Positions 26,902-26,925 of a DNA stretch of 26,925 nt are shown piece after piece (position 1 is the stretch's first letter; every line of letters begins with the position of its first letter). The notes beneath the pieces are model-generated. The model ran no database searches, was not told where the DNA came from, and saw nothing but the letters and a program-made list of their open reading frames with translations. Origin of the DNA: Acidimicrobiia bacterium (GTDB lineage: Bacteria; Actinomycetota; Acidimicrobiia; Spongiisociales; SHLN01); NCBI GenBank assembly GCA_030623545.1, contig JAUXLW010000001.1:1-26925 (forward strand), read 5' to 3'. The position numbers were made by a program, and so were the translations under genes.

Positions 26902-26925
26902 TGTCTGCCGCCTCCGCTATTGCAA

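Overview
GC-rich Actinomycetota chromosomal segment, most likely Acidimicrobiia. The taxon call is inferred from gene families (PAC2, bS22, LppM-like and Thr-linker lipoproteins, DosRS-like pair) and was not checked by database search. Content is mostly housekeeping and metabolism: the 3' part of dnaB interrupted by a 473-aa LAGLIDADG intein, an iodotyrosine-deiodinase-like nitroreductase, two VOC proteins, EamA, SRPBCC, dcd, tRNA-Gly(CCC), thrC, Fpg/Nei, CDF transporter, thrB, a PuuD-like hydrolase, bS22, a class V aminotransferase, a DosR/DosS-like two-component pair, a PNPOx-like protein, an alpha/beta hydrolase, PAC2, copZA, cystathionine beta-synthase and gamma-synthase/lyase, and a NiCoT/UreH-like transporter. 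No CRISPR array, integrase, transposase or prophage genes were seen. Most notable observations: (1) a LacI-type helix-turn-helix headpiece inserted between the two LAGLIDADG motifs of the DnaB intein endonuclease; (2) an in-frame deletion chimera joining an FtsX-like permease N-terminus to the C-terminal half of an ABC ATPase; (3) an orphan minus-strand GNRA hairpin with CU-rich tracts that suggests an unannotated sRNA; (4) a lipoprotein with tandem Cys-paired domains and a pilin-like tail; (5) many apparently leaderless promoters.
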